A DNA stretch of 64,000 nt, from contig JAGSHN010000004.1 of the NCBI GenBank assembly GCA_029855935.1, forward strand, positions 64,001 to 128,000. The letters run 5' to 3'. The first letter of the stretch is position 1, and the number at the start of each line of letters is the position of its first letter. Positions 19,280-29,500 of the stretch are shown here, in pieces. Both the position numbers and the translations under genes were made by a program. The DNA comes from Candidatus Thorarchaeota archaeon. Lineage in GTDB: Archaea > Asgardarchaeota > Thorarchaeia > Thorarchaeales > Thorarchaeaceae. The notes beneath the pieces are model-generated. The model was not told where the DNA came from, made no database searches, and worked only from the letters and a program-made list of their open reading frames with translations.

Positions 19280-20368
19280 GTGAAGATCCTCAAGCGCGAC
19301 CTGAGAGAGGGAAAGATCACACTGAAGATTGAAACCCTTGACGACCTCTGGCATCTGTACAATGTGATTCAGGTCGGAGACACTGTAATAGGACGCACAA
19401 CACGACGGGTGCGGATTGGTGACGAGGACTCAAGGAAACAGGAGAGCGTGAGAAAAACTATGACGCTCACGCTCAAGGTTGATGACGTGTCGTTTCACAG
19501 CTTTGCGAACAGGGTCAGAATCAAGGGGAGGATTCTGCAGGGCCCAGCCGACTTAGTCAGCATTGGCTCCTTTCATACTCTCAACATTGAGTTGGGGAAC
19601 ACCATTACGATAATCAAGGAACACTGGCCACAGTACATCCTGAAACGGTTGGAGGAAGCGCAAAGATCGCGGGCCAGCCCAATAGCGCTGATCGTCACAA
19701 TCGAGGATGGAGTTGCAGAGCTCTTCTTGGTGGCCGACTTTGGAATAAGGCAGATGAGCAGGATAAGAACGAGTATCTCGCGGAAACGTGGAGACCAGAA
19801 GGCCTACGATTCGTCGATGAGGGAGTTCTTCCAAGAAGTTGTCACTGCAGTACGTACTGCGCTGGAACAAAATGAGGTCGGCCTGGTCGTTATCTGTGGG
19901 CCGGGGTTTGTCAAAGACCACTTCAGAGAGTTCCTCCTGAGCTCGCAAATCAAGGGCCTACCACCGGTAATCGCAGAGGCGACGAACACCACTGGCCTCC
20001 CCGCTGCCAGGGAGATTCTCTACAGAGGTGTCGTGTCAAAGGTTCTGACTGAACTGAAGATTGAAACCGAAACACGGCTGATGGAAGAACTACTGACACA
20101 TATTGCGAAAGATGACGGCCTGGGCGCATATGGAGATGAGGATGTCGCAAGGGCTGTGCAGTTCGGAGCAGTTGAACATCTTCTCATAACAGACCGCAGA
20201 CTCAGGCAGGTCCCCAACAACGAGAGGAGAGAGATGGACACGCTCATACGCGAAACCGAACGGTCACGAGGGGCAGTTCATATCGTATCGACAGAACATC
20301 CTGCGGGTGATCAGCTCGATAGCCTCGGGGGAATTGCCGCCATCCTGAGATTCAGAATAGAACACTGA
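19280..20368 (+). CDS. pelA: mRNA surveillance protein pelota
   Basis: ETLDDLWHL.N, TTRR, FHTLNI, GPGFVKD, AYG, STEH.AG.QL.SLGGIAAILRF. Confidence 0.96.
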   Translation: MKILKRDLREGKITLKIETLDDLWHLYNVIQVGDTVIGRTTRRVRIGDEDSRKQESVRKTMTLTLKVDDVSFHSFANRVRIKGRILQGPADLVSIGSFHTLNIELGNTITIIKEHWPQYILKRLEEAQRSRASPIALIVTIEDGVAELFLVADFGIRQMSRIRTSISRKRGDQKAYDSSMREFFQEVVTAVRTALEQNEVGLVVICGPGFVKDHFREFLLSSQIKGLPPVIAEATNTTGLPAAREILYRGVVSKVLTELKIETETRLMEELLTHIAKDDGLGAYGDEDVARAVQFGAVEHLLITDRRLRQVPNNERREMDTLIRETERSRGAVHIVSTEHPAGDQLDSLGGIAAILRFRIEH

Positions 20369-20384
20369 GGAGACCTCCGCTCTC

Positions 20385-21500
20385 TCATACTGGCTCGAAC
20401 AGCGTCTGCAGTCGGTCCCAAGTCGGGTATTCATAGGCGATGCCAATCTCCAATGCACCCCCGTAGCTGAACTCCTTCCGAATGTCGTCGACTATGTCTA
20501 GCAATACCCATGGTGCAATCTCGATTCGGGACAGGCGCCTATCAATATTGACCAGATGATGTGGGACATCAAACTTGTCCGTCAGAAGTGTCAGCAGGCG
20601 CTCCATTGTCTTGTTGGAGAGTGTGCTCCCGTGCGGCGCCCGTATGACGCCCACAATCAGTAGCGGATCCTCATCGTCGAGCTCTTCAAAGGGCCGCTTT
20701 ATTCTCTCACGTCGTCGAAGGAGACGATTTCGCATCTGGACTGAGTCTTTAAACCTTGATGAACAGAAGTGCACAGTCAGAGTTTTGAGAGTGACAGATG
20801 CCCACTCAAGGATACGTTCTGCCGTTTCCAGGCTGCCAAGAATGCTGGCACCAGAGAGATCACGGAGCCTGTATCCCCGGGAGAGCAGCGCAGAGAAGTT
20901 GGTCTCACTCGCCTCGAGCTCGTTAAGATTCACGAATGAAACGCCCATCTCTTCGGCCCTCAGGAGGATATCACAGACGGCCTCGTCACTGTCAGGTAGT
21001 ACTGGAATCTCGATTCCAACATCCAGACCGATGTCCAGCGCCCTGCTCACACCAGTCCAATCGTCGTCTTGGGGATGGAATCGTATCTCATCAAGGCCTG
21101 CATCATAGAGGGGCCGAATCACGCTGCTCTCAGCATCGGCACGAGCGGTATAGAGGTGGATGTGAAACGCAGGGCCAAACTCGCGCTTGAGAAGACGAAT
21201 ATAGCGGATTGTCCTGTCAAGCTGGCACAAGGGATCGCCACCACTGATTCCTGCCCCCTCGGCACCTATCGACTCGGCCTCATAGACTACGTCGGCATCC
21301 GACGAAACAGGCGTCTCGTCCGCGAATACTACGTCTCTGTTCGCCTTATCGGCGGAGAGAGGACAATAGAAACACGCAGCATCACATAGACCGGTGGCAA
21401 ACAAGACCATCTTCGAGCCACGAGCGCACAGCTTACAGCCTTGTGGGAGTTCTCCCACGTAGAGTGAGCCACCATCACGAAACTTTACCTGACGACTCAT
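20385..21500 (-). CDS. Radical SAM protein (COG2108-like)
   Basis: LPQGCKLC..GSKMVLF.TGLC...CFYCP (CxxxCxxC), SGGDP, HIHLYT, LDEIRFHP, NLNELE. Confidence 0.88.
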   Translation of the reverse strand: MSRQVKFRDGGSLYVGELPQGCKLCARGSKMVLFATGLCDAACFYCPLSADKANRDVVFADETPVSSDADVVYEAESIGAEGAGISGGDPLCQLDRTIRYIRLLKREFGPAFHIHLYTARADAESSVIRPLYDAGLDEIRFHPQDDDWTGVSRALDIGLDVGIEIPVLPDSDEAVCDILLRAEEMGVSFVNLNELEASETNFSALLSRGYRLRDLSGASILGSLETAERILEWASVTLKTLTVHFCSSRFKDSVQMRNRLLRRRERIKRPFEELDDEDPLLIVGVIRAPHGSTLSNKTMERLLTLLTDKFDVPHHLVNIDRRLSRIEIAPWVLLDIVDDIRKEFSYGGALEIGIAYEYPTWDRLQTLFEPV

Positions 21501-22216
21501 AATCTAGTGCTTCCTCCTCTCCTGCGTATGGTGCGTCGTAGTGCGGGGTCGCTGTCGCACAGTATCTTTGCCATCTCCTCAAACGTTGTACCATCGGGGA
21601 CATGACGGACTATGTAGACTCCTGTCCGTCCAACCCTGCTGCGACGCAAAAGGACTCGCACGCGCTCCTTGGCAATGTCTATGCTGACACCCAGACGTTT
21701 GGCGACCTCACGCTCACGCCCAATCACCCCGGACTCGATGTGCCCCTCAGGTATGGGCTCGATGAGTAAGAGACGCTTGTTCACACCAAGGACTCGCTGG
21801 TCACCCTTGAGCTGGTCGGAGTCAACAACACCACCCCAGCGATAGAACTCCTCCTCACGCGGCATCATCTTGAGAAGAGGGAACGTCACCACTATGTTGT
21901 CCTTAACATGAATATGTGCCTTCAACACAGAGGAGGGAGTCGCCTGCACAATCTCCCGGCGTATCCACCTACCCAGAGCTAGTTCTACGCGAAAACTCGG
22001 AACGGAATACGGAACGACTATGTCAATATCGGACCTCGGTCTGACATCCCCACGGGCCACTGAACCATGCACCAGTGGCCTAAGCGACTCATGCTCCAGC
22101 CGAGTCATCACCTCAAGAGCCTGTTGTCGCAGACGCCTCAGATGTGCCCAACGTTCTGTGGTATAGGTGATCCGACGGGGCTCGTGAAGAATCTCAGGTT
22201 GACGGGACACTATCAC
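21497..22216 (-). CDS. Pol-beta superfamily nucleotidyltransferase (COG2413-like)
   Basis: HGSVARGDV...SDIDI motif, VQATP, EFYRWGG, GRTGVY. Confidence 0.85.
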   Translation of the reverse strand: MIVSRQPEILHEPRRITYTTERWAHLRRLRQQALEVMTRLEHESLRPLVHGSVARGDVRPRSDIDIVVPYSVPSFRVELALGRWIRREIVQATPSSVLKAHIHVKDNIVVTFPLLKMMPREEEFYRWGGVVDSDQLKGDQRVLGVNKRLLLIEPIPEGHIESGVIGREREVAKRLGVSIDIAKERVRVLLRRSRVGRTGVYIVRHVPDGTTFEEMAKILCDSDPALRRTIRRRGGSTRL

Positions 22217-23160
22217 TCACCATTGCGGTTGGCATCAATCTCCTCCAGAATCAGACAGGTCTTGCAGACGCGTCCGGTGGTGGGCGCACCACATCTCTCA
22301 CACGAGGTCGCTCGAGTCGTGTCGCTCAGAGTGCTCTCCAGCGCGGACGCCACTGTTTCACCAGACCGGAGTATTGCTAGCATCGTCCCAGGACGCTTGT
22401 GCTCCATCTGGCTTACGAAAGCACGGATATCGTTTCGCAGGGCCTCTCCAGCATAGGGGCATGGAACATCATGATAAGGTAGCTCTGCAAAATGGGCATA
22501 CGCGACTACGTCGCGTTCTGATAGCTCGATTATGGGCTTTACACGAGGGACAAACCCAGGGACCGCGTATTCCCTCAGTCTGTTCGTACGGGCAATACGT
22601 CTGACATCGCCCCGGAGAATGTTCATGATTATGGTCTGGGCCTCATCATCAAGGTTATGGCCCGTTGCTATCACGTCCGCACCCAACTCCCGAGCAGCAT
22701 CATTCAACGCCCTGCGACGCAGAACTCCGCAGTAGGAACAGGCCCCGACGGTCCTGTCCGCGCGACGACGTACTATCGAGTCCAGAGAACTACCGAACAG
22801 TTTCTCAAAGCTCCATACGTGCAACTCAAGATCAAGAGAATGCGCCAACTCCTGCGCGCACTTGAGAGCCTGATCTCGATAGCCACGAATTCCCTCATCA
22901 ATCGTGATTGGGAGTAATTCAGACTGGGGATACTTGGCCTCAATCTCTGTGAGAATGTGCAGCAGAACTGCACTGTCCTTGCCGCCAGAGATTGCGACCG
23001 CAATTCGGTCCGTTTCTCGTAGCATCTTGTACTTGTTTATCGAGCGCTGTACTCGCTGGACGGTCGTAGACAACAGACACCTAGCGCATAGGGCCTCGGA
23101 TGTGTGTCGTCTGAGATAGACTGGAGGGGCAGTTCCACATCTTGTACAGTTTGTCGCCAT
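22213..23160 (-). CDS. tRNA 2-thiolation protein, Ncs6/Ctu1/TtuA family (TIGR00269)
   Basis: CxxC zinc fingers, SGGKDS PP-loop, IDEGI.GYR, CSYCGVLRR, ATGHNLDDE, CPY. Confidence 0.92.
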   Translation of the reverse strand: MATNCTRCGTAPPVYLRRHTSEALCARCLLSTTVQRVQRSINKYKMLRETDRIAVAISGGKDSAVLLHILTEIEAKYPQSELLPITIDEGIRGYRDQALKCAQELAHSLDLELHVWSFEKLFGSSLDSIVRRRADRTVGACSYCGVLRRRALNDAARELGADVIATGHNLDDEAQTIIMNILRGDVRRIARTNRLREYAVPGFVPRVKPIIELSERDVVAYAHFAELPYHDVPCPYAGEALRNDIRAFVSQMEHKRPGTMLAILRSGETVASALESTLSDTTRATSCERCGAPTTGRVCKTCLILEEIDANRNGE

Positions 23161-23215
23161 GTTTGCTCATCCGGCTCTGTTTCCGTACTCGGTTGATTAC
23201 AGTTCACGGCACGTT

Positions 23216-24388
23216 TCAAAATAGCCCTTTGCCAAGTGCCAGACTCAGCCCGATGTTCAGAAGAACAATCATCAGAGAGAGTATCCTGAGGGGGTACATT
23301 ATCGCCTTGATCTTCCGTTCATCACGAATGATGAGGCTCAGGCCGTTTGACAATAGTTTGTCACCATCCAGTAGTGGAATGGGCAGGAGGTTGAATAGCG
23401 CGACGGAGAATAGAATGACAAAAGACCATGTCAGAGTCTGCTGGATATGGAAGGCATACATAGGTCCGCCGGGAATCCACTCCCAGCCTGGTCGTGGCTG
23501 CCAGTAGTCTGCACCATAGATGCCGATATAACCTCTACTCGCATTCAACTCGTGCGGAGCGAGAGTTATTGTGATATTGCCCCGATTGAGGGTGACGATT
23601 GTCAGCTGGCTTCCTGCAGGGGCATTGACCATGAAATGTGATACATCGTTCCAGTTGCGAATGGCTGTGTCATTGAGGCCCACAATCACATCACCGACCT
23701 GCAGAGCACTGGCAGCAGGGCTACCGGGAACGACATCATAGATGTACGCTCCACTCGGAGGATAAAAGGCGACAGACATGATGGCTCCAAAGTTCGATAT
23801 CAAGAGCAGCACAACAAAGGCCGAGATTATGTTGGCGTAGGATCCTGCGGCAAGAAGACGCATTCTCGCCTTGGGAGATGCCTTCTTCTCAAAGACCTCC
23901 TCGTCAGGCTCGACAAAACCGCCGAAGAGAAGCAGGAAGAAGAGCAGTCCCGAACTCTTGATGGGGATATCGTCTCGGGCGGAGGCAAGACCGTGTGCGA
24001 ATTCGTGTGTGAGCAGGGTGATCGCAAGGGCGATGGTGAGATAGATGAGAGGAATGCCTGTGACTGTGACCCCAGGAACTATGGGCACAACGCCCCCGGC
24101 AGAGGCGGGCACAACAAAGAACTTGATGAGATTGTCGAGAAGCATCCAGAACCCGAATACCATACCGCCAAATGCCACAATGATACCGACATTGAAGAAC
24201 ACACGAGGAATCCGTCTTCCAGTGCGCGTTAGAAAGTCATTGAGCCGCTGAGTCTTGAGAATAATCAGGAGTGGTGTTGATGCCTCAATGCCTCGTGCAC
24301 TCAGGTTCTCTGGACCTATGGCCTTTGCAACGAGGTAGATAACGAGGTAGAGCAGCGCCAGTGTTGCGAGGAGCGTCATGGAATCCAT
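23216..24388 (-). CDS. Site-2 (M50) intramembrane metalloprotease with PDZ domain
   Basis: HEFAH, GGFVEPDE, AGSYAN, PGSPA..LQVGDVI (PDZ), NLLPIPLLDG. Confidence 0.93.
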   Translation of the reverse strand: MDSMTLLATLALLYLVIYLVAKAIGPENLSARGIEASTPLLIILKTQRLNDFLTRTGRRIPRVFFNVGIIVAFGGMVFGFWMLLDNLIKFFVVPASAGGVVPIVPGVTVTGIPLIYLTIALAITLLTHEFAHGLASARDDIPIKSSGLLFFLLLFGGFVEPDEEVFEKKASPKARMRLLAAGSYANIISAFVVLLLISNFGAIMSVAFYPPSGAYIYDVVPGSPAASALQVGDVIVGLNDTAIRNWNDVSHFMVNAPAGSQLTIVTLNRGNITITLAPHELNASRGYIGIYGADYWQPRPGWEWIPGGPMYAFHIQQTLTWSFVILFSVALFNLLPIPLLDGDKLLSNGLSLIIRDERKIKAIMYPLRILSLMIVLLNIGLSLALGKGLF

Positions 24389-24579
24389 AGCTGTCACAGT
24401 CTTGATGGTGATGCGTTGTTCTGGTCCACGAGCCAAGGTCGTGGATATAATGCTTGCGAACTGGGAGAGAACGGCAGTTTGAAGACGCAGGGACCACAAC
24501 CCTCATAAAGTGAACGCAAATCGCTTGACCGTTGTCCGAAGGGACGTCAGCTCAACGAGTGAAAAGCAGGCGACGGACC

Positions 24580-24963
24580 GTGCCGTTCAAACTAGTGATT
24601 TCAGACCCTGAAACTGGGAGAGCCATTCAGTATGAGTTGGATGAGGCAAAGACCAACGCACTCATAGGGAAGAGGGTCGGTGATGTGATTGAGGGAGATA
24701 TCATCGGGCTGCCCGGGTACAAGCTGAAGATCACGGGCGGAAGTGATTCCTCCGGTTTTCCAATTCGTCCTGACGTTCACGGAAGCGGCAAGAAGAAGAT
24801 ACTCATCCGGGGACCTCCGGGATTCAGACCCAAGCGGAAGGGCATTGCGCGGCGCAAGACCGTACGAGGAAGAGAACTAGGCCCAGACATAGTCCAGGTC
24901 AATATGAGGATAGAGGAGAAGGGCAGCACACCACTCGAGGAATTCATTATGAAGACCGCATAG
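24580..24963 (+). CDS. rps6e: 30S ribosomal protein eS6
   Basis: FKLVISDPETG, LKITGGSD.SGFP, RRKTVRG; GTG start at 24580. Confidence 0.96.
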   Translation: MPFKLVISDPETGRAIQYELDEAKTNALIGKRVGDVIEGDIIGLPGYKLKITGGSDSSGFPIRPDVHGSGKKKILIRGPPGFRPKRKGIARRKTVRGRELGPDIVQVNMRIEEKGSTPLEEFIMKTA

Positions 24964-25069
24964 TTCCTTGCGGCCAAGAACCAACGACCGAGGGCGTGCA
25001 AGACCATAGACTTCTTATGTGGACTCGCCGAGCTCCGCATCTGAAGAAGTCCACGGAAGTGAAACGCGG

Positions 25070-26326
25070 GTGAGCGGAAAATACGAAGGACAGTCTGAGG
25101 TGAACATAGGGGCGCTTGGGCACGTCGACCACGGAAAGACCACTCTTGTAGAGTATCTCACTGGAGAGTGGACAGACCGTCACTCCGATGAGATCAGAAG
25201 AGGCATATCGATCAGGCTCGGGTATGCTGCAACGACGATTCTCAAATGTCCGAGATGCCCAGAGCCCCAAGCGTATACGACCTCTCATCTGGCCAAGGAT
25301 GGAAAGTGCCCACACTGCGGCGCCCAGCTGGTGAAGCTAAGAGAAGTGTCCTTCGTAGATAGCCCAGGGCACGAGTCGCTTATGGCCACCTGTCTCAGTG
25401 GCGCCAGCCTAATGGACGGAGCAATCCTAGTGATAGCAGCAAATGAGCCCTGCCCCATGCCCCAGACAGCAGAGCATCTCCACGCACTGGAGATTGTCGG
25501 CGTCACGAACATAATAATCGTACAGAACAAGATTGAGCTGGTCAGCGAGGAAGAGGCGAAGGAACACTACAGGCAAATCAAGGAGTTCATCAAGGGAACG
25601 TCAATCGAGGATGCGCCCATCATTCCGGTTTCTGCAGTGTTCGGCGCAAACATCGACCTATTGATTCAGAAGATAGAGGAAGTGATTCCAACACCGGAAC
25701 GGAATGCCGATGCTCTACCGAAGATGTTTGTGGCCAGGTCGTTCGACATCAATAAACCCGGGACCTTGCCTCAGGATCTGAAGGGCGGAGTGGTAGGCGG
25801 GTCGATAGTTCAGGGCCGCCTCAGGGTTGGTGATGAAATAGAGATTGCACCGGGAATGAAGACAGACAAGGGCTTCAAGTCGATACGGACAAGAATTGTC
25901 AGTCTAGTTTCAGGCAGCGGCAACCACCTTGAGGAGGCCTATCCGGGAGGACTGATAGGGGTCGGCACGACTCTTGATCCCGCAATGACACGTGCGGACC
26001 GTCTTGTGGGCAATGTCGTGGGGAAAGTTGGAAAGATGCCCAAGACCGTGTATAAGCTGACGATAAGACCGCAACTCATGCAACGTGTGGTCGGCATGGA
26101 CTCCGAGCGTGAAGTCGAGAGCCTCAAGCACAATGAGGCGTTGATGCTTGTCGCAGGCACAGCCGCGACCGTGGGCGTCATAACGCGGCTGCACGAGAAC
26201 GAGATTGAAGTGACACTGAAGCGACCAGTCTGTGTCGAGAACGGGCAGAGAGTGGCTCTCGGAAGACGGGTTGACAACAAGTGGCGTCTCATAGGCCACG
26301 CCGTGATAGGAGCGAAGAAGGCGTAG
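25070..26326 (+). CDS. eif2g: Translation initiation factor aIF2 gamma subunit
   Basis: [49 protein letters not shown]. Confidence 0.97.
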   Translation: MSGKYEGQSEVNIGALGHVDHGKTTLVEYLTGEWTDRHSDEIRRGISIRLGYAATTILKCPRCPEPQAYTTSHLAKDGKCPHCGAQLVKLREVSFVDSPGHESLMATCLSGASLMDGAILVIAANEPCPMPQTAEHLHALEIVGVTNIIIVQNKIELVSEEEAKEHYRQIKEFIKGTSIEDAPIIPVSAVFGANIDLLIQKIEEVIPTPERNADALPKMFVARSFDINKPGTLPQDLKGGVVGGSIVQGRLRVGDEIEIAPGMKTDKGFKSIRTRIVSLVSGSGNHLEEAYPGGLIGVGTTLDPAMTRADRLVGNVVGKVGKMPKTVYKLTIRPQLMQRVVGMDSEREVESLKHNEALMLVAGTAATVGVITRLHENEIEVTLKRPVCVENGQRVALGRRVDNKWRLIGHAVIGAKKA

Positions 26327-26332
26327 TGTAGA

Positions 26333-26749
26333 GTGAGTCCCGTGCCCATCAGAGTTGTTGTGGACACGAACTTCCTCACAGTCCCGTCCCAGTTTGGGCT
26401 GGATGTCTTTGTTGAAACAGAACGCCTCCTCGAGAGATCTGTCGAGTTCCTTGTGCTGGAATCGGTCAAGAGGGAGGTTGACCATAAGATTGCACGTAGC
26501 GGTCCGGGAGAGGCACGCCACTTTAGAGTGGCAAAGCACCTAATGAGAGAGAGATGCACAATTGTGCCCGTGCCAGCTGACCTCGTGCGGTGGCCTGTTG
26601 ATGACCAGCTGATAGAGTTCGCACATCGAAACGGTGCTGTGCTAGCAACGAACGATAGACATCTGAGGAAACGCGCTAGGGAGATAGGAGTCCCCGTGCT
26701 CTTGCTCAGGGGGAGAAGACGGCTCTGGTTAGAGGGGGATATGCCATAG
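26333..26749 (+). CDS. PIN-domain protein (Fcf1/Utp24-like, COG1412)
   Basis: VVDTNFL, VDD.L, ATND..L; conserved position after aIF2-gamma. Confidence 0.9.
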   Translation: MSPVPIRVVVDTNFLTVPSQFGLDVFVETERLLERSVEFLVLESVKREVDHKIARSGPGEARHFRVAKHLMRERCTIVPVPADLVRWPVDDQLIEFAHRNGAVLATNDRHLRKRAREIGVPVLLLRGRRRLWLEGDMP

Positions 26750-26784
26750 CTTGACGAGGAGAAAATGGTGACACAGAAGTGGCA

Positions 26785-26802
26785 ATGTCACAACGTTTTT
26801 AT
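26785..26802 (+). promoter_or_regulatory. BRE/TATA promoter of the rpoE1-spt4 unit
   Basis: ATGTCACAACGTTTTTAT; an identical 18-mer lies upstream of rps3ae. Confidence 0.6.
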
Positions 26803-26939
26803 GGTGACTCACTCGTTGCTGCGCTGAGCCGCCGGGTCAGTACCATGGTAGTATGATGCCTAGGGTCTGATTGTTCTAAGAACAAATCTGGTAGAGAAGA
26901 GAGCAACAGACGTGGATATCGCACAAGGAGGTTCCACCG

Positions 26940-27539
26940 ATTTACTCAGTCGTCACGGTAAAGGACATCGTTAGAATTCCCCCATCTCAGTTTGGCCAGC
27001 CCCTGGAGGAGGCAGCCATAGTACATCTGAGGAAGAATCACGAGAACGTCTTGGATCGTGACATCGGCCTGATGATAGCAGTGATTGGAATAGATGAGAT
27101 TGGGCAAGGGAAACTCGTCCCCGGAGATGGAGCCACATATCACTCGGTAACGTACAGGGTGCTGGCATTCAAGCCTATCCGAGGCGAGGTTGTGGAGGGC
27201 AATGTTGTCGAGATAATGGACTTCGGGGCGTTCATACGCATAGGTCCTCTTGATGGCCTATGTCACGTCAGCCAAATCTGCGACGACTTTATCACCCAAG
27301 ATCCAAAGGGTAACTCTCTGATGGGTAAGGAAACCGGGCGTGTATTACAGGAGGGAGACCAGGTCCGTGCGAGAATCACCACAATACGCTTTGACACGGG
27401 CGGTAGATCTGGAAAGCTCGGGCTGACTATGAGGCAGCCTTTCTTGGGCAAGATTGGCCCAGATGTGTCTTGGATTGAGGAAGATGTCAAGAAGGCCCGC
27501 GGCGAGTCAGCGAAGAAATCTGAGAAGAAGGAGGGGTAG
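26940..27539 (+). CDS. rpoE1: DNA-directed RNA polymerase subunit E' (Rpo7), apparent ATT start
   Basis: In-frame extension upstream of the ORF-track start gives (M)YSVVTVKDIVRIPP; GDGATYH, FGAFIRIGPLDGL.HVSQI, LTMRQPFLGK. Confidence 0.95.
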   Translation: MYSVVTVKDIVRIPPSQFGQPLEEAAIVHLRKNHENVLDRDIGLMIAVIGIDEIGQGKLVPGDGATYHSVTYRVLAFKPIRGEVVEGNVVEIMDFGAFIRIGPLDGLCHVSQICDDFITQDPKGNSLMGKETGRVLQEGDQVRARITTIRFDTGGRSGKLGLTMRQPFLGKIGPDVSWIEEDVKKARGESAKKSEKKEG

Positions 27540-27545
27540 TAACAT

Positions 27546-27758
27546 ATGCCACGGCTACGTGCATGTAGACAATGTCACTATCTCACCACAGAGAACATCT
27601 GTCCAAACTGTGGGAGTACAAACCTCTCGTCATCATTCACGGGTATCGTGGTGATTCTCCCTGGACGCGACCCTCACGAGGATCCGCGAAAGACCTCGTA
27701 CATTGCGGAACGACTGAACATAGACAAGCCCGGCAAGTACGCTCTCAAGGTGCGGTAG
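27546..27758 (+). CDS. spt4: Transcription elongation factor Spt4 (RpoE'')
   Basis: RACRQC...CPNCGS..LS..FTG, S.IA..L.I.KPGKYALKVR. Confidence 0.95.
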   Translation: MPRLRACRQCHYLTTENICPNCGSTNLSSSFTGIVVILPGRDPHEDPRKTSYIAERLNIDKPGKYALKVR

Positions 27759-27899
27759 GACCTCATCATCCTGCGCGACTCTTGTCCAAAGTCACTTACC
27801 CCACCTTCTACCCTGCAGCATCGTTTCACTGAAAGCTTTATTAGACAACCGCGGGTCGGGGGGCTGACTCGCCCTGAATGTCCGATAGAATCAGAGTGA

Positions 27900-28202
27900 T
27901 TGACGATGAAGATTGAGATCCTTCGTGAGAGAGCTAATAAGCCGCTTCGAAGAAAGGAGGTTGAGTTCAGGATAGATCACATTGGCGGAACAACTCCTAG
28001 CCGCCCTGACGTGAGAAACAAGATTGCGGCCAAGTTCGATGCCGACCCCGAAACCGTCGTCGTCAAGATTCTCAAGACTGTATACGGAGCAGGGATAACG
28101 CATGGACGGGCTCACATATACGAGAACAAGTCCGATGTGCGAACGATAGAACACGAGTATCTACTCAAGAGACACGAGAAGAAGGAAGAGGCGGGGGCCT
28201 GA
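27900..28202 (+). CDS. rps24e: 30S ribosomal protein eS24
   Basis: N.PL.RKE, TPSR, T.YGAG.T.G.AHIY. Confidence 0.95.
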   Translation: MTMKIEILRERANKPLRRKEVEFRIDHIGGTTPSRPDVRNKIAAKFDADPETVVVKILKTVYGAGITHGRAHIYENKSDVRTIEHEYLLKRHEKKEEAGA

Positions 28203-28206
28203 GTGA

Positions 28207-28365
28207 ATGGCAAGCACGTACAAACTCTATAAGGTCGACAAGAGCGGAAAGGTCACACCTCTACGCAAGCAGTGTCCTAGGTGCGAGAAGGGGACGTATA
28301 TGGCGGAACACTTCAACCGGTTCTCGTGCGGGCGATGTGGCTACACGGAGTTCAAACGCAAGTAG
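28207..28365 (+). CDS. rps27ae: 30S ribosomal protein eS31 (S27ae; below the ORF-track cutoff)
   Basis: Manual translation [52 protein letters not shown]. Confidence 0.96.
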   Translation: MASTYKLYKVDKSGKVTPLRKQCPRCEKGTYMAEHFNRFSCGRCGYTEFKRK

Positions 28366-28372
28366 AGTGAGA

Positions 28373-28672
28373 TCATTCGACAAGCACAGCGGCCATCCAG
28401 CGGACGAGCAGAAGCATACTGACTACGAGCCACACAGAGATACAGATCAGAGTGGCTCCGGGTAACCACCCCTCGACGGCCATTGCTAGGACTATGGCCA
28501 ATGGCAGAGTGATGATATGAGGGAGAAATGCGACTGTGAGAGAAACTATCTCACAGGACGACATCGCGGCAATTGTGGATATCATCCAGATACAGAGTAT
28601 GCCCACCAACAGAGTTGCTTCAATCATATGGAGTTTCACCGAGCCATCCTGCATGTCATAATCGTATTTCAC
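28373..28672 (-). CDS. Small hypothetical membrane protein (~3 TM)
   Basis: Strongly hydrophobic ORF filling an otherwise empty gap; start uncertain. Confidence 0.5.
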   Translation of the reverse strand: MKYDYDMQDGSVKLHMIEATLLVGILCIWMISTIAAMSSCEIVSLTVAFLPHIITLPLAIVLAMAVEGWLPGATLICISVWLVVSMLLLVRWMAAVLVE

Positions 28673-28963
28673 CAGTGGTGTGAAGTAGCCGAGATCAATA
28701 TCCCGCGACGCTGATTCCGGCGGAGGGCGGAGAGTGTCGCGGTCGCCTACTACCCAGTCCTACTCGTTCTGTAGGACAATCTATAGTTTCCGTCCAGGCC
28801 ATATATTTTCCACACGCTGGCGCTGTGCTCGCGCTGGGGGAGAAGCAGCAATGGCTCTGGTGACAAGGGCGTGCAGACCGGGATGCTATGATGAACCGTT
28901 GGTCGGGCAGAAACGCTCTGTAATATGAAAAGCCTTAAAACCCCTCTGGCGAGAATTTCATAC

Positions 28964-29073
28964 AGCGGGTTGGGGAAGCCAGGGATTGGCGGACCTGCTC
29001 CGCAATCGACTAAGTCTATCCCGCGGGGCTCATAACCCCGAGATCGGTTGTTCAAATCAACCACCCGCTACCA
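28964..29073 (+). tRNA. Initiator tRNA-Met(CAT) with 31-nt D-loop intron (28983-29013)
   Basis: A1-U72 acceptor AGCGGGT/ACCCGCT, anticodon arm CGGGG-CTCATAA-CCCCG, T-loop GTTCAAATC, CCA; insert in the D-loop forms a BHB-like structure. Confidence 0.93.
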
Positions 29074-29091
29074 TTCTCTCTCTTTATTGTC

Positions 29092-29418
29092 CTACTTTTT
29101 CAAGGAGGGCTCTGTGTCCTCTTGACCGTGACCAATGACAAGCGGACGGCCCTCAATGAGCGACTGAACGACCTTCCGTCTGGCGGTCATCAAGAGACGC
29201 CATATCGTTCCGCGAGATAGACCCATTGCCATTCCTGCCTGCTCCTGATACAGCCCCTCAAGATCAATAAGACGAAGGGCCTCTACCTCCGCCAAGTCGA
29301 GATGGATGGGGCGTGAGTCAATCTGAGGATCGGGTATCAGGCGCCTGACACGAGGGTGACACTCTATGTGAGGCTGAATCGGAAAACGTCCGCGGGACCC
29401 TCGTCGTCTTCTGTGCAA
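29092..29418 (-). CDS. DUF134 family DNA-binding protein
   Basis: EVEALRLIDLEGLYQEQAG..MG.SRGT.WR.L..AR.K. Confidence 0.92.
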   Translation of the reverse strand: MHRRRRGSRGRFPIQPHIECHPRVRRLIPDPQIDSRPIHLDLAEVEALRLIDLEGLYQEQAGMAMGLSRGTIWRLLMTARRKVVQSLIEGRPLVIGHGQEDTEPSLKK

Positions 29419-29500
29419 GGTATGCCACCACCAATAACACGACGTTCGCCGAGGCTTAAGACGTTACCGAAGCCACGTGCCAGATTGCAATCATTTATAA

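Noticed and set aside
26853-26870. ATGATGC...CTGA as a C/D box or K-loop in the rpoE1 leader
   Set aside because: The C box is imperfect and there is no second box pair or flanking stem; too weak to call
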